The position numbers and the translations under genes were made by a program. Below, in pieces: positions 20,178 to 30,725 of a stretch of DNA of 64,000 nucleotides. Source of the stretch: an uncultured Planctomycetaceae bacterium (GTDB lineage: Bacteria > Planctomycetota > Planctomycetia > Pirellulales > PALSA-1355); contig CAWAUV010000008.1 in the NCBI GenBank assembly GCA_963785305.1, positions 992,001 through 1,056,000 on the forward strand, in the 5' to 3' direction. The notes under the pieces are model-generated. The model was not told the origin of the DNA and did not search any database. It was given only the letters and a program-made list of their open reading frames with translations. How positions within the stretch are numbered: position 1 is the stretch's first letter; the number at the start of each line of letters is the position of its first letter.

Positions 20178-21563
20178 ATGGTTCAAAAAATTCAAAGATG
20201 GCGATGGGTCGGCGCGACGCTTTTGAGCGCGGCGGCGGTCGCGGTCGTGTGCCTCGCGGTTTCGTCGCGAGCGTCGGCCGAGAAGGCCAAGGAGCCGCAT
20301 GAAGCCAAAGGCGAATCCGCCGGCAACGAGGGGGCGACGAAATTTCGCGTGGAAGTCGCGCATCCCAAAACCGGAGGCATCGAACGCACCTCCGTGCAGC
20401 CAGGCACCGTGATCGCCTACGAATCGGCCCAGCTCTATGCCAAGGTTTCCGGCTACCTCAAATTCCAGCCGGTCGACATCGGCTCGGTCGTCAAGCGCGG
20501 ACAAGTCCTCGCCGAGATCGATTCGCCGGAGCTCCTCAAGGAAGTCGATCGCGGCAAGGCGGCGGTCGACCAAGCCAAGGCCGAAGTGCTCCAAGCCGAA
20601 GCGCGGGTCGAAACCGCCGAAGCGCTCCGTGAAGCCGCCCTCGCCACCGTGAAGCAGGCCGAAGCCGAAGTCGAGCGCGCCGACGCCACCCGTGTTTTTC
20701 GCGAAAAGCAGCACGAACGCATCAAGGACCTATTCGCGCACCGAGCGATCGATGAGCGACTTGTCGATGAGAAGCTTGAGGAAATGAACGCCGCGCGGGC
20801 CGCGGAGCTCGCCGCGAAAGCCACGGTGCTCACCTACAAAGCCAATGTCGGATCGGCCGAGGCCAAGGTCGTGGAAGCGAAGTCCGATGTGATGCACGCC
20901 AAGGCCGAGGTCGAAGTGGCGCAAGCCGCGCTGGCCAAGGCCGAAGTCTTCGCGGCCTACTTGCAAATCATTTCGCCCTACGATGGCGTGGTTACCAAGC
21001 GAAACTTCTTCCGCGGCGACTTTATCCGCGCCGCCGATCAGGGTGGAACCATGCCGCTCTTGGCCGTCGATCAAACCGGCGTGATGCGCATGGTGGTGCA
21101 AGTGCCCGACCGCGATGTGCCGTTTACCAACGCCGGCGAGGACGCCGATATCGAAATCGATGCCCTGCCGGGCCACAAATTCAAAGCCAAAGTCTCCCGC
21201 GTGGCCGACGCCGAGGACCCCGACACCCGCACGATGCGGACCGAAATCGACTTGGCGAACGATCAGCGACTCCTTCGCCACGGCATGTATGGCCGCGTGA
21301 CGATTCACTTGGCCCACAACACGAACACGCTGAGCGTGCCCTCGGCGGCCGTGGCGGGCGATGTGAAGGGCGAAAACGGTTCGGTGTTCGTGGTGCGCAA
21401 CGGCGTGGCCCATCTGAAAACGGTCCGCATGGGCTCGGACAACGGGCTGCGCGTGGAAATCATCAGCGGGCTCTCGCCCGACGACGAAGTGATTCAGCGT
21501 CCCAGCACCGCGATTGTCGATGGCTCGCCGGTGGAAGTGATTAGTCGCGGCGGCGACAAATAG
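20178..21563 (+). CDS. RND efflux periplasmic adaptor (MFP)
   Basis: LYAKVSGYL..VDIGSVVKRGQVLAEIDSPEL, long alpha-hairpin, ISPYDGVVTKRN, DPDTRTMRTEIDL; RBS AGGAG. Confidence 0.92.
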   Translation: MVQKIQRWRWVGATLLSAAAVAVVCLAVSSRASAEKAKEPHEAKGESAGNEGATKFRVEVAHPKTGGIERTSVQPGTVIAYESAQLYAKVSGYLKFQPVDIGSVVKRGQVLAEIDSPELLKEVDRGKAAVDQAKAEVLQAEARVETAEALREAALATVKQAEAEVERADATRVFREKQHERIKDLFAHRAIDERLVDEKLEEMNAARAAELAAKATVLTYKANVGSAEAKVVEAKSDVMHAKAEVEVAQAALAKAEVFAAYLQIISPYDGVVTKRNFFRGDFIRAADQGGTMPLLAVDQTGVMRMVVQVPDRDVPFTNAGEDADIEIDALPGHKFKAKVSRVADAEDPDTRTMRTEIDLANDQRLLRHGMYGRVTIHLAHNTNTLSVPSAAVAGDVKGENGSVFVVRNGVAHLKTVRMGSDNGLRVEIISGLSPDDEVIQRPSTAIVDGSPVEVISRGGDK

Positions 21564-21729
21564 CCGGCCCTTTGATGAATGGATTCGCGCGAAGGATTCG
21601 CCGCGAGTTCGCCTCCGCGCCCCGGTGCATTCGCTCGGCGCAAGGCATCTTGCAAAAGTAACTTGCGTGGCGATCGCGCCGGCCGCTGGGTCGGCGAGCG
21701 ACCGCGCCTGATCACGTGGAGTGTATGCC

Positions 21730-24700
21730 ATGAATGGTGTGATACGTGCTTCGCTACGCAATCCCTACGCGGTGACGGTCTTCGCGTTTACGATCCTTTT
21801 GCTGGGCGCGAACGCGCTTGATAAGATTCCGGTCGATATTCTGCCGGTGTTCAACAGTCCCGCCGTGCAAGTGCTCACGTTCTATTCGGGCATGCCGGCG
21901 GAAAGCATCGAGAAGGACATTACTTCTCGCATGGAACGCTGGACCGGCCAGGCGGCCGGCACCGCTCGGCAAGAGTCGCGCTCCATCGTGGGCGCGAGCA
22001 TCATTCGCAATTATTACCGTAGCGGCACCGATCCCAACGGCGCCCTTACCCAGGTGAACTCGCTCGCCTCGGCGGCGATTCCCAACTTACCTCCGGGCAC
22101 GCTGCCGCCGGTGATCCTGCCCTTCGACCCCACGAGTTCGACGCCCGTCTGTCTGATGGCGCTCGATAGCAAGTCGCAAAGCGAGTCGATTCTCTACGAT
22201 ACCGGCCGCTATGAAGTCCGCAACTTCATCATGGCGCTCAAGGGGGCCATCGCGCCGGTGGTTTATGGAGGCAAGGTGCGGGCCGTGATCGCGTATCTGG
22301 ATCGCGACCGGCTCCAAGCGCGGAATCTCTCGCCGATCGATGTGATGAACGCGCTGGACAAGTACAACCTGTTCCTGCCGACCGGCGACGCCAAGTTCGG
22401 CAATATCGACTACGCGATCGACTCGAACTCGATGTACGACCTCGTGGCGCGCATGGGCGATATTCCGATCAAGACCGAGCACAACAACGCGATTTATCTG
22501 CGCGACGTGGCCACGCCGCGGGACGCCTCGTTCATTCAAACCAACGTGGTGCGCGTCAATGGCCGCCGACAGGTTTATATCCCTATTTTCCGTCAGGCCG
22601 GCGTGAGCACGCTCACGGTGGTCAATGCCGTGAAAGCCGCCACTCCCGGAATGGAAGCCCGCTTGACGCGACCCGACATTCACTTGCACGTGGTGATGGA
22701 CCAATCGGTGTATGTGCGGGCGTCGATCGGCGCGTTGGCGCAAGAAGGCTGTTTGGGCGCGATCTTGTGCTCGCTCGTGATTCTGCTCTTCTTGGGCGAA
22801 TGGCGGATGACGCTCATCGCCATTTGCACGATTCCACTTTCAGTGCTCGGGGCCATCATCTGTTTGAATGCGATCGGCATGACGATCAACGTGATGACGC
22901 TCGCCGGTCTATCGCTGGCGATCGGACCGCTGGTCGATAGCGCGATTATCTGTTTGGAAAACACGCACCGGCACTTGGGATTCGGCGTCGAGCCGAAGGA
23001 AGCGGCCTTTCTCGGGGCGAGCGAAGTCGCGATGCCCGAACTCGTGTCGACGCTCTGCACCTTCTTGGTGCTCGCGCCGCTAGCGATGATGCCCGGCTTG
23101 GGCGAGTTCTTGTTCCGGCCGATGGCCTGCGGCGTGGCGTTCGCCATGATCGTGGCCTACTTCCTGTCGCGCTCGTTCGTGCCCGCCTATAGCGCCCTGC
23201 TGCTCAAGGGTCACGGCGAACAAGGGCACGGACACGACGGCCATTCGGCCAAGCGGCCCAATATCGTCGCCCGCGGTTTCAAACGCTGGTCGGACGGCAT
23301 CGATTGGGTGATCGGGCTTTACGTATTCAGCCTGAACGTGATCTTGCGCAATCGCGTGAAGACAATCCTCTTCGGCTTCGGCTTGCTGACGGTGGTGCTC
23401 TTTATCTTCTCGCCGATCTTGCGGCGCGAGTTCTTCCCCGAGTCCGACGCCGGCGCGTTCGAAATTTATGTCCGCGGCGCCTCCGGCACGCGAATCGAAG
23501 TCACCGAGGAAAAAATCGCCAGGGTCGAGAACTTTATCCGCAAGAAGGTCGGCCACGACTTGCAACTCTTCATCAGCGAGATCGGGCTCACTTCCGACTG
23601 GTCGGCCGCCTACACGCCGAACGCCGGCCCGATGGATACCGTCGTCAAGGTGCAGTTGGAAGAAGAACGGGAAAAATCGGCGCAAGAATATGTCACGATC
23701 CTTCGCCAAGGTTTTGCCGAGGACAATGAATTTTCCGACCTGGAATTCTCCTTCGACTCCGGCGGCATGATCCGCAGCGCCATGAACGAGGGCAAGTCGA
23801 CGCCGATCAATATTCGCATTCTGAGCAAGAAACTCGAACAAGCCCATGAGATCGCCGATCAGATTCGGGCCAAAGTCACGAAGATCAAGGGCGTGGTCGA
23901 CTGCCGCATCATGCAGCGGCTCGACTATCCCGAATATATTATCGACGTCGATCGAGCCAAGTCGGCCGACCTGGGGCTCGACCAATCCGATGTGATGCGC
24001 AACGTGGTCGCGGCGTTCAATTCGAGCATCCAATTCAACAAGCACAATTTCTGGATCGATCCGGTCACGCACAACCAATACTTCGTGGGCGTGCAATATC
24101 CGGAGCAGGATATTCGCTCGATCGACACGTTGCTCGATATTCCCATCACGAGCCCGGTGCAAAATCGCCCGATCCCGCTAAAGAATATCGTGTCGCTCCG
24201 CCGCGCCACGGTGCCGGCGGAAGTGAATCACACTAATCTCCAGCCCACGATGGACTTGGCGATGAGCGTCGCGGGTCGCGATCTGGGCCACGTGGCCGAT
24301 GAGATCACGGATGTCGTCAACCAGTTCGGTCAGCTTGTCGAGGACAACAAATGGAAGCCCTACGATCCCCACGATCATACCAAGGTGCTCCAGGGCGCCA
24401 CGATCACGATCAGCGGCGAATACACCCGCATGCAGGACACGTTTTCGAGCCTTTCGTGGGGCCTGTTGGGGGCGAGCTTGCTGATCTACTTTCTCATGGT
24501 CGCGCTCGATAAGTCGTGGATCGTGCCGCTCACGGTGATGCTCACCGTGCCCTTGTGCTTGGCGGGCGTGCTTCCGCTCTTGTACTTCACCGGCACCGCG
24601 CTCAATGTGCAGTCGCTCTTGGGAATTATCTTCATCGTGGGCATCAAGGTGGCCAACACCGTGCTCATGACCGACTTTGCCCAAGAACTGCGTCACTTGG

Positions 24701-25137
24701 AAGGGCTCACGCCGACCGAGGCGATTCGCAAGGCGGCCGGCATTCGCGTGCGGCCGATCACGATGACCGCCCTGGCGGCGTTCTTCGCCATGATTCCCGG
24801 CGCCCTGGCGCTGGAGCGCGGCAGCGAGGCCAATGCCCCCTTGTGCCGCGCCATTTTGGGCGGCTTGCTCGCCGGCGAGCCGGCCACGCTCTTCGTGCTG
24901 CCCTGCTTGTATTCGCTGATGGTCCGCGACAAAAAGGGCGGCCACGGCGGACCAGCCCATGCCATGGCCGGCGTCGCCAATGGCGGCCCGGGCGGACATG
25001 GCGGACACGAAGACGAAACCGGCGGCGACGACGCCCCGGTGAGCGGCCACATGCTCCACGAAGGCTCCATGCCCAACGCCCAGGGTCCCGGGGGCCACGG
25101 TCCCGGGGGGCACGGCCAGGGGGGCCACGGTCATTAG
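21730..25137 (+). CDS. RND efflux permease (CusA/CzcA/NolG-like) with His/Gly-rich tail
   Basis: IPVDILPVF, GPLVDSAIICLEN, RVRPITMTALAAFFAMIP; tail GPGGHGPGGHGQGGHGH. Confidence 0.93.
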   Translation: MNGVIRASLRNPYAVTVFAFTILLLGANALDKIPVDILPVFNSPAVQVLTFYSGMPAESIEKDITSRMERWTGQAAGTARQESRSIVGASIIRNYYRSGTDPNGALTQVNSLASAAIPNLPPGTLPPVILPFDPTSSTPVCLMALDSKSQSESILYDTGRYEVRNFIMALKGAIAPVVYGGKVRAVIAYLDRDRLQARNLSPIDVMNALDKYNLFLPTGDAKFGNIDYAIDSNSMYDLVARMGDIPIKTEHNNAIYLRDVATPRDASFIQTNVVRVNGRRQVYIPIFRQAGVSTLTVVNAVKAATPGMEARLTRPDIHLHVVMDQSVYVRASIGALAQEGCLGAILCSLVILLFLGEWRMTLIAICTIPLSVLGAIICLNAIGMTINVMTLAGLSLAIGPLVDSAIICLENTHRHLGFGVEPKEAAFLGASEVAMPELVSTLCTFLVLAPLAMMPGLGEFLFRPMACGVAFAMIVAYFLSRSFVPAYSALLLKGHGEQGHGHDGHSAKRPNIVARGFKRWSDGIDWVIGLYVFSLNVILRNRVKTILFGFGLLTVVLFIFSPILRREFFPESDAGAFEIYVRGASGTRIEVTEEKIARVENFIRKKVGHDLQLFISEIGLTSDWSAAYTPNAGPMDTVVKVQLEEEREKSAQEYVTILRQGFAEDNEFSDLEFSFDSGGMIRSAMNEGKSTPINIRILSKKLEQAHEIADQIRAKVTKIKGVVDCRIMQRLDYPEYIIDVDRAKSADLGLDQSDVMRNVVAAFNSSIQFNKHNFWIDPVTHNQYFVGVQYPEQDIRSIDTLLDIPITSPVQNRPIPLKNIVSLRRATVPAEVNHTNLQPTMDLAMSVAGRDLGHVADEITDVVNQFGQLVEDNKWKPYDPHDHTKVLQGATITISGEYTRMQDTFSSLSWGLLGASLLIYFLMVALDKSWIVPLTVMLTVPLCLAGVLPLLYFTGTALNVQSLLGIIFIVGIKVANTVLMTDFAQELRHLEGLTPTEAIRKAAGIRVRPITMTALAAFFAMIPGALALERGSEANAPLCRAILGGLLAGEPATLFVLPCLYSLMVRDKKGGHGGPAHAMAGVANGGPGGHGGHEDETGGDDAPVSGHMLHEGSMPNAQGPGGHGPGGHGQGGHGH

Positions 25138-25218
25138 CGCGATTCGCAACCGTCTTGCGGCGACTTGGCCGCCGGTCGCCCCCCCATGCGACGATCATTT
25201 CCGCCCAGGAAAAGCACC

Positions 25219-26245
25219 ATGAGCTATGATCCCGATTTCAAGATCGATCCGCGCTACCGGCCGGGCGACGAACCGCCGCCGCCGTTGCGTATCGCCATTT
25301 CCGGCGCCAGCGGGCGCATTGGCTACGGGCTCGCCTTTCAATTGGCCTCCGGCGCCTTGTTCGGCTTCCGGCAATCGATTTCGCTCAGCCTGCTCGAAGC
25401 CCCGAGCGGCATGCGGCGATTGCAGGCGATGCAACTCGAACTGGGCGACTGCGCCTTTCCACTGCTCGATGATGTGCGCGTTAGCGACGATCCCAACGAA
25501 GCCTTTGCCGACGCCGATTGGATCGTGATGATGGCCGGCCAGCCCCAGAAGCCCGGCGCCACGCGACTCGATCTGGTGCGGGCCAATGGTCCGATTTATG
25601 CCGAGCATGGTCAGGCGATCAATTGCGTGGCGCCCGCGGCTCGAGTGCTCACGGTCGCCGAGCCATGCAACACGAACTGCCGCATCGCCATGAAAAACGC
25701 GCCCAATGTGCAAGTCGAGAATTGGTTTGCCCTCAATCAACTCGACCGCATGCGGGCGACGTCGCTCATTGCTCAAAAGGCAGGCGTGCCGGTCGCGCGG
25801 GTCAATCGCGTGACGGTGTGGGGCAACCACAGCGAGCGAATTTATCCCGACTTCCACAATGCGTTCGTCGGCGAGCGACCGGCCCATCAGGTGATTACCG
25901 AGCCCGATTCGGCGCGCCAAGGTGCTGGAGCCGATGATCGCCCGCCGCGAGCGCGAGCTTTCGACGCTCTATGGCGGCGCCGCCTCGGCCACGGCGATCT
26001 ATGCGATTCTGGGCACGATTCGCGCGATCATCACCCCCACGCCGCCGCGCCGCCGCTTCGGCGCCGCGGTGCGATCCGGAGGTCAATACGGAGTGCCGCT
26101 GGGACTCGTCTTCGGCTTTCCGCTCCGCACCGACGGAGAGAACTGGTCGGTGGTCGATGGGCTCTATATCGACGACTACGCCGAACAGCGACTCAACGAG
26201 AACATCGAAGAACTCGAGCGCGAAGCCGTCGTCGCCAACGTCTGA
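25219..26245 (+). CDS. mdh: Malate dehydrogenase (type 2) family protein, divergent; frameshift at ~25920
   Basis: IAISGASGRIGY, MQLELGDCAFPLL, VWGNHS, GQYGVPLGLVFGFP; removing one G near 25920 joins the two frames. Confidence 0.8.
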
Positions 26246-26306
26246 CGCGAATCGCCGCTTACCCGCTGAAAACCAAGCGTTGCAAACCGCGGCCCCCGTT
26301 CACCAT

Positions 26307-27107
26307 TCAAGCATCGCCCGTCGATCGGAAGGCGGCGCGATCTTCCGCCCGAATGTCGCAAAGCGCCGGCAGATAACGGCGATATTCCTCGAGCGCCTCG
26401 AGCTCGATCTCGGCTTCGATCACGCGCTCTCCCTCGCCGGCGTCGGCTAGCACTCGGCCCCAAGGGTCGACGATGAGGCTCTGGCCCGTGTAACGATGGT
26501 CCGGATCGGCGCCCGCCCGGTTCACGCCCACGACATAGGCTTGATTTTCAATCGCCCGGGCCACGAGCAGCGCTCGCCAATGGGTCACCCGAGGCTTGGG
26601 CCAGTTGGCGATCACCGCCAGCAGATCGGCGCCTGCGAGCGTGGCGCGGCGATAGGTTTCCGGAAAGCGGAGATCGTAACAAATCGTCGGCGCGAGGGAG
26701 AATGGCCCAACCGGCGCCACGACAATCCGTTCGCCCGCCGCGTAGCACGCCGTCTCGCCGCCGAACGAAAACGGATGCCGCTTCACATAGCGGACCTGTT
26801 CGCGCCCGTCGGGCCCAAAGAGCAGGGCTTCGTTTTGCCCGCGACGCTGGGCGTTTTGGGTCACGAGGCCGGCCAGCACATGCGATTTCCACTCTTTAGC
26901 GGCGGCGGATAGAAAAGCATGCGTCGGCCCCTCGGCGGCCTCGGCGATCTCGGCCACGCGCATGCTAAAGCCGGTGGCAAACATCTCGGGCGCCACGATG
27001 AGCGAACCCGCGGCGGGCCGCGCGGCGTCGACCAGTTCGCGGAGTCGTTCGTAATTGCGGGGCTTGTCGTGCCAAGCGATATCAAGTTGGCAGGCTAGAA
27101 CTCGCAT
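26307..27107 (-). CDS. Carbon-nitrogen hydrolase (nitrilase/omega-amidase family)
   Basis: Glu-Lys-Cys triad motifs PEMFATGF, YVKRHPF, ICYDLRFPE; ARAIENQAYVVGVNR. Confidence 0.92.
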   Translation of the reverse strand: MRVLACQLDIAWHDKPRNYERLRELVDAARPAAGSLIVAPEMFATGFSMRVAEIAEAAEGPTHAFLSAAAKEWKSHVLAGLVTQNAQRRGQNEALLFGPDGREQVRYVKRHPFSFGGETACYAAGERIVVAPVGPFSLAPTICYDLRFPETYRRATLAGADLLAVIANWPKPRVTHWRALLVARAIENQAYVVGVNRAGADPDHRYTGQSLIVDPWGRVLADAGEGERVIEAEIELEALEEYRRYLPALCDIRAEDRAAFRSTGDA

Positions 27108-27125
27108 GCGCGGGATACTTTCTTT

Positions 27126-28291
27126 TCAAAGCGCTTCGTCGAGCAACTGCTCGAGTTCGTCATCAGTCACGATGCGCGGATTGCCATCGAGGCTGTTGCC
27201 ATGCGACCCGCGCACAATGTCGGGGATTTGCTCCCGCCGCACGCCGAGTTCGCCGAGCCGCGCCGGCAATCCGACATCGCGGCAAAGCGCTTCGATCCGA
27301 TGCACCAATGCGTCGGCGGCCTGTTCGCCCGAGCCCAAACCGAGCGCCGCGGCGAGCTCGGCATAGTCGGCCCCGGCAACCGCGCGGTTTGCCCGCATCG
27401 CGATCGGCAGCATAAAACCGCAGGCTAGGCCGTGAGCCACGCCGCAGTGCCGCCGAGCGCCGCGGCCACGCCATGCGCGAGTCCCAGCCCGCTGTTGGCC
27501 AGCGCCAGGCCCGAGAGCAGCGCCGCCTGCGCCATGGCTTCGCGTGGCTGCCGGTCATGCGGCCGACGAATCGCCTCGGGCAGCGCCGGCACGGCGAGCC
27601 GCAGGCCATCGATCGCCAGCGCACGGGGAATGGGCCGCGCCCGACGCGAAATGAAACTCTCGATAAGTTGTGTCACGGCGTCGAGTCCGCCGTGGGCGGT
27701 CGTGGCCGGCGGCAAGCTGATCGTCAGCTCCGGATCGACGAGCACGGCGCGCGGAATCATCAACTCCGAGCGAAGACTCTTTTTGAACGGTGGATCGTAC
27801 GACGAGAGCACCGCGTTTTTCGTCGCCTCGCTGCCGGTTCCGGCCGTCGTGGGCACGGCCACCACCGGCAGCGGTGTTCGCGAGATCGTGCGTCCGGCGC
27901 CGACGCCCTCGAGAAAATCGATCACCGGGGCCGGTCCATTGGTGGCCATCGCCGCGGCGGCCTTGGCCAGATCGATCGCCGAGCCACCGCCGATCGCGAG
28001 AATCACGAGCGGCTCGTCGCCCGCGCCAAGGCGCACCGCGACGGCGTCGACATCGCGCGGCTCGGGCTCCCGCGAAATGGTGGTGATCGAACTGGCGGCC
28101 ACGCCGGCGTCGGCGAGCGTTTGAAAAATTTCGGCCGCGATCTCCGACTCGGCCAAGGTGCGCGAACCCCACACGATCGCCGCGCACGGCCAAACTGCCG
28201 CACAAGCCCGCCCAGTTCGGCGCCGCGCCCAGCCGAACACGATCTTCGGCGGGGCGAGGAAATCGTAGTGGATCGCGCGGGAAGCGTGCAT
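27126..28291 (-). CDS. Iron-containing alcohol dehydrogenase (frameshifted)
   Basis: GGGSAIDLAKA, PTTAGTGSEAT, DAVTQLIE, GLGLAHG, then HGLAC in another frame (breaks ~28225-28185 and ~27445). Confidence 0.88.
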
Positions 28292-28397
28292 CGCTCGCGA
28301 GCTCTGAAATCAAGAACGTGACCGGCGGCGGCGCTCCGAGTGTCGAGCACGATGAAATCGCGCCAAGCCCTCCTTGAAACTTAACAGATTTCGTCGC

Positions 28398-29404
28398 TCA
28401 ACGCATCGCATCGATCGCGGCGGCGGCGATGCGCACGGCCGCGTCGAGCGAGGCCGAGGCATCGCCCGGCTCGGCCACCGCGTCGACATGCAAGAAAGGC
28501 CCATGGCCGGGGGTTTCGAGCACGGCGCGGATCAGCGCCCGCCGAGCGTCGGCCGCCCGATCGGTTTCCGGCGCGGGCCCCTCGATCGGCCGCAATTCGT
28601 GTTCGGCCGCGAGCACGAGCAGCAGCTTCGCGCGAGGGACGCGCGAGGATTCCTGTTCCCAGGCCGCGACAAGCGATTCACGATCGTCGGCCGCGGCGCC
28701 GGCCAAGTGCGCCGGAAACGCATTCCACCAAAAATCACTCAGCCACGCACGGTTCGCGGACTCGCAGTCCGGGTCGCGCGCAATACCCGCCAGCATGCGC
28801 CGCCAGCGATCGAGCCGGCGTCGATTCTCCGCGGGCTCCTCGTCGGAGAGCAGTTCCGCGCCGGTCGCCGTGGCCAGCCGCCGCGCGAGGGTTCGACACC
28901 TTGAGCCATCGGCGGCGAGAATCGCGATATAAGGCGGCGCGTGATTCAAGTGGTCGAGCAGTTCTTGGATCGTGAGGCCGATTCGCGGATGGAGCATGTC
29001 GGCGGCCACTTCCGCGGCCGGTTCGAGCACAAACCGCCGAAACGCGAGGCCGGCGTGCGGCAGCTCGAGTTGCGAATCGCGAGCGACAATCCGATCGTGG
29101 AGCAAGAGATCGAGATCGATCGCGCGGGCCGCCCAGCGCTCGGAGGCGCTGCCGGCCGAGCGCGTGTTCGATCGCTTGAAGCTCTCGCAGCAAGTCGGCT
29201 GGCTCGAGCGCGGTTTCGAGCAGGGCGGCGCCATTGAGAAAATCGTCTTGGCCCGCTGGCCCGCCCACGGCGCGCGTTCGTCCGCCAGCGGCTCACGGCG
29301 AGCAGCCGACCGCCCGGCAGTTCGGCCAAGCGGCTGGTGGCGGCGGCCAGCGCGAGTTCACGATCGCCAAGGTTGGCGCCCAGGGCTACGAGGGCACGCG
29401 GCAT
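28398..29404 (-). CDS. folK: HPPK (FolK) with C-terminal degenerate deoxynucleoside-kinase-like domain (frameshifted)
   Basis: ALGANLGDR, GGPAGQDDFLNGAALLET, RWAARAIDLDLL and LELPH..FRRFVLEPAAEV across 3 frames. Confidence 0.85.
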
Positions 29405-30020
29405 AGGCATTTCATCGGAGGCGGACGGTCCGCGGAGATGACGCTACGACCGACGCCGGGGCCGGATTCGCGCTGGCGGATCTCCCACGCGACATTCCTT
29501 TCGCGGTCGCTCCGCGGCTTACTACTTCAGCGGAGCCCACGCGCACATGGCGGAGGCGCCCCTTCAAAATCCCAGGGGGGGCATCCGTGCCACGACCAAG
29601 GTCATCGACTATCGATCCCTGCGGGCGCCGCCCCCCAGCATATTCGCTTTGGCGACGCATGTCAGCGAAAAAGGCCCGTCGCAAGGCCGACTCGCCGAAT
29701 TGATTCAGATCGTCCGAAAGCTGCTGCTATCGAAAGCCCGACCGGCCCATGGACTCGCGGAGCCGACCACGAGGCATTCGCGTGAAGCGATGTTCTTGAA
29801 ACTGCGCACATTTTGCGGACAACGCTCAACTTGTCAAGCAGCAATTCCAAGCGATCTGAAATTACCCGCGAGCGAGCGCGGCGGCCCGCGAAAAAACAGG
29901 CGAGACCGCGGGCGGAATTTGGTATCGTGGCGATTAATTCGCCGCCACCGCGCCGCGGCTCACGGCAGTTCCGTGTTTTCGCTCGGTCCGCGCAGTTGCA
30001 TTTTCCAGGCGTCTTGACCC

Positions 30021-30710
30021 ATGCTCTCCCAGCCCGCGCTCGAGGCGCTTGAAGTCGATCAGCTCACGAAAGAATATCCCACGCGCGCCGAGCCGGTGAT
30101 GGTGCTCCGCGGCGTGTCGCTGCGTTTAGCGCGAGGCGATGCGCTGGCGATCGTCGGACCCAGCGGCTGCGGTAAAAGCACGCTCCTGCATATTCTCGGC
30201 ACGCTCGAACGCCCCACCTCGGGCTCGGTCGCGCTCGACGGCATCGATCCGTTCGAGCTCTCCGAGCCGAAGCTGGCGCACTTTCGCAATCGCCTGATCG
30301 GCTTCGTGTTTCAAGATCATCACCTATTGCCGCAATGCACGACGCTCGAAAATGTGCTGCTGCCCACGATCGCCCACGGCCGCGCCGCGCCCGAGAGCGT
30401 CGAACGGGCCCGCTCGCTGCTGCGGCGCGTGGGCCTCGAGCGGCGGCTCGAACATCGGCCCGCGGAGCTTTCGGGCGGCGAACGCCAACGGGCGGCCGTG
30501 GCGCGAGCGCTGATCGCCAAGCCGACGCTGCTCTTGGCCGATGAGCCGACCGGCAATCTCGATCGCTCGGCGTCGCTCGGCATCGCGGAATTGCTGATGG
30601 AAATGCGCGACGAACACCAGGCCACGCTCATTGTCGTCACCCACAGCGCCGAGATCGCCCAGCGCATCGGTCGCTCGCAAATGCTCGACGACGGCCGGCT
30701 CCACGAGTAA
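30021..30710 (+). CDS. ABC transporter ATP-binding protein (LolD-like)
   Basis: GPSGCGKST, ELSGGERQR, LLADEPTGNLD, VVTH. Confidence 0.93.
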   Translation: MLSQPALEALEVDQLTKEYPTRAEPVMVLRGVSLRLARGDALAIVGPSGCGKSTLLHILGTLERPTSGSVALDGIDPFELSEPKLAHFRNRLIGFVFQDHHLLPQCTTLENVLLPTIAHGRAAPESVERARSLLRRVGLERRLEHRPAELSGGERQRAAVARALIAKPTLLLADEPTGNLDRSASLGIAELLMEMRDEHQATLIVVTHSAEIAQRIGRSQMLDDGRLHE

Positions 30711-30725
30711 CGAGCAGCAGTTCCC

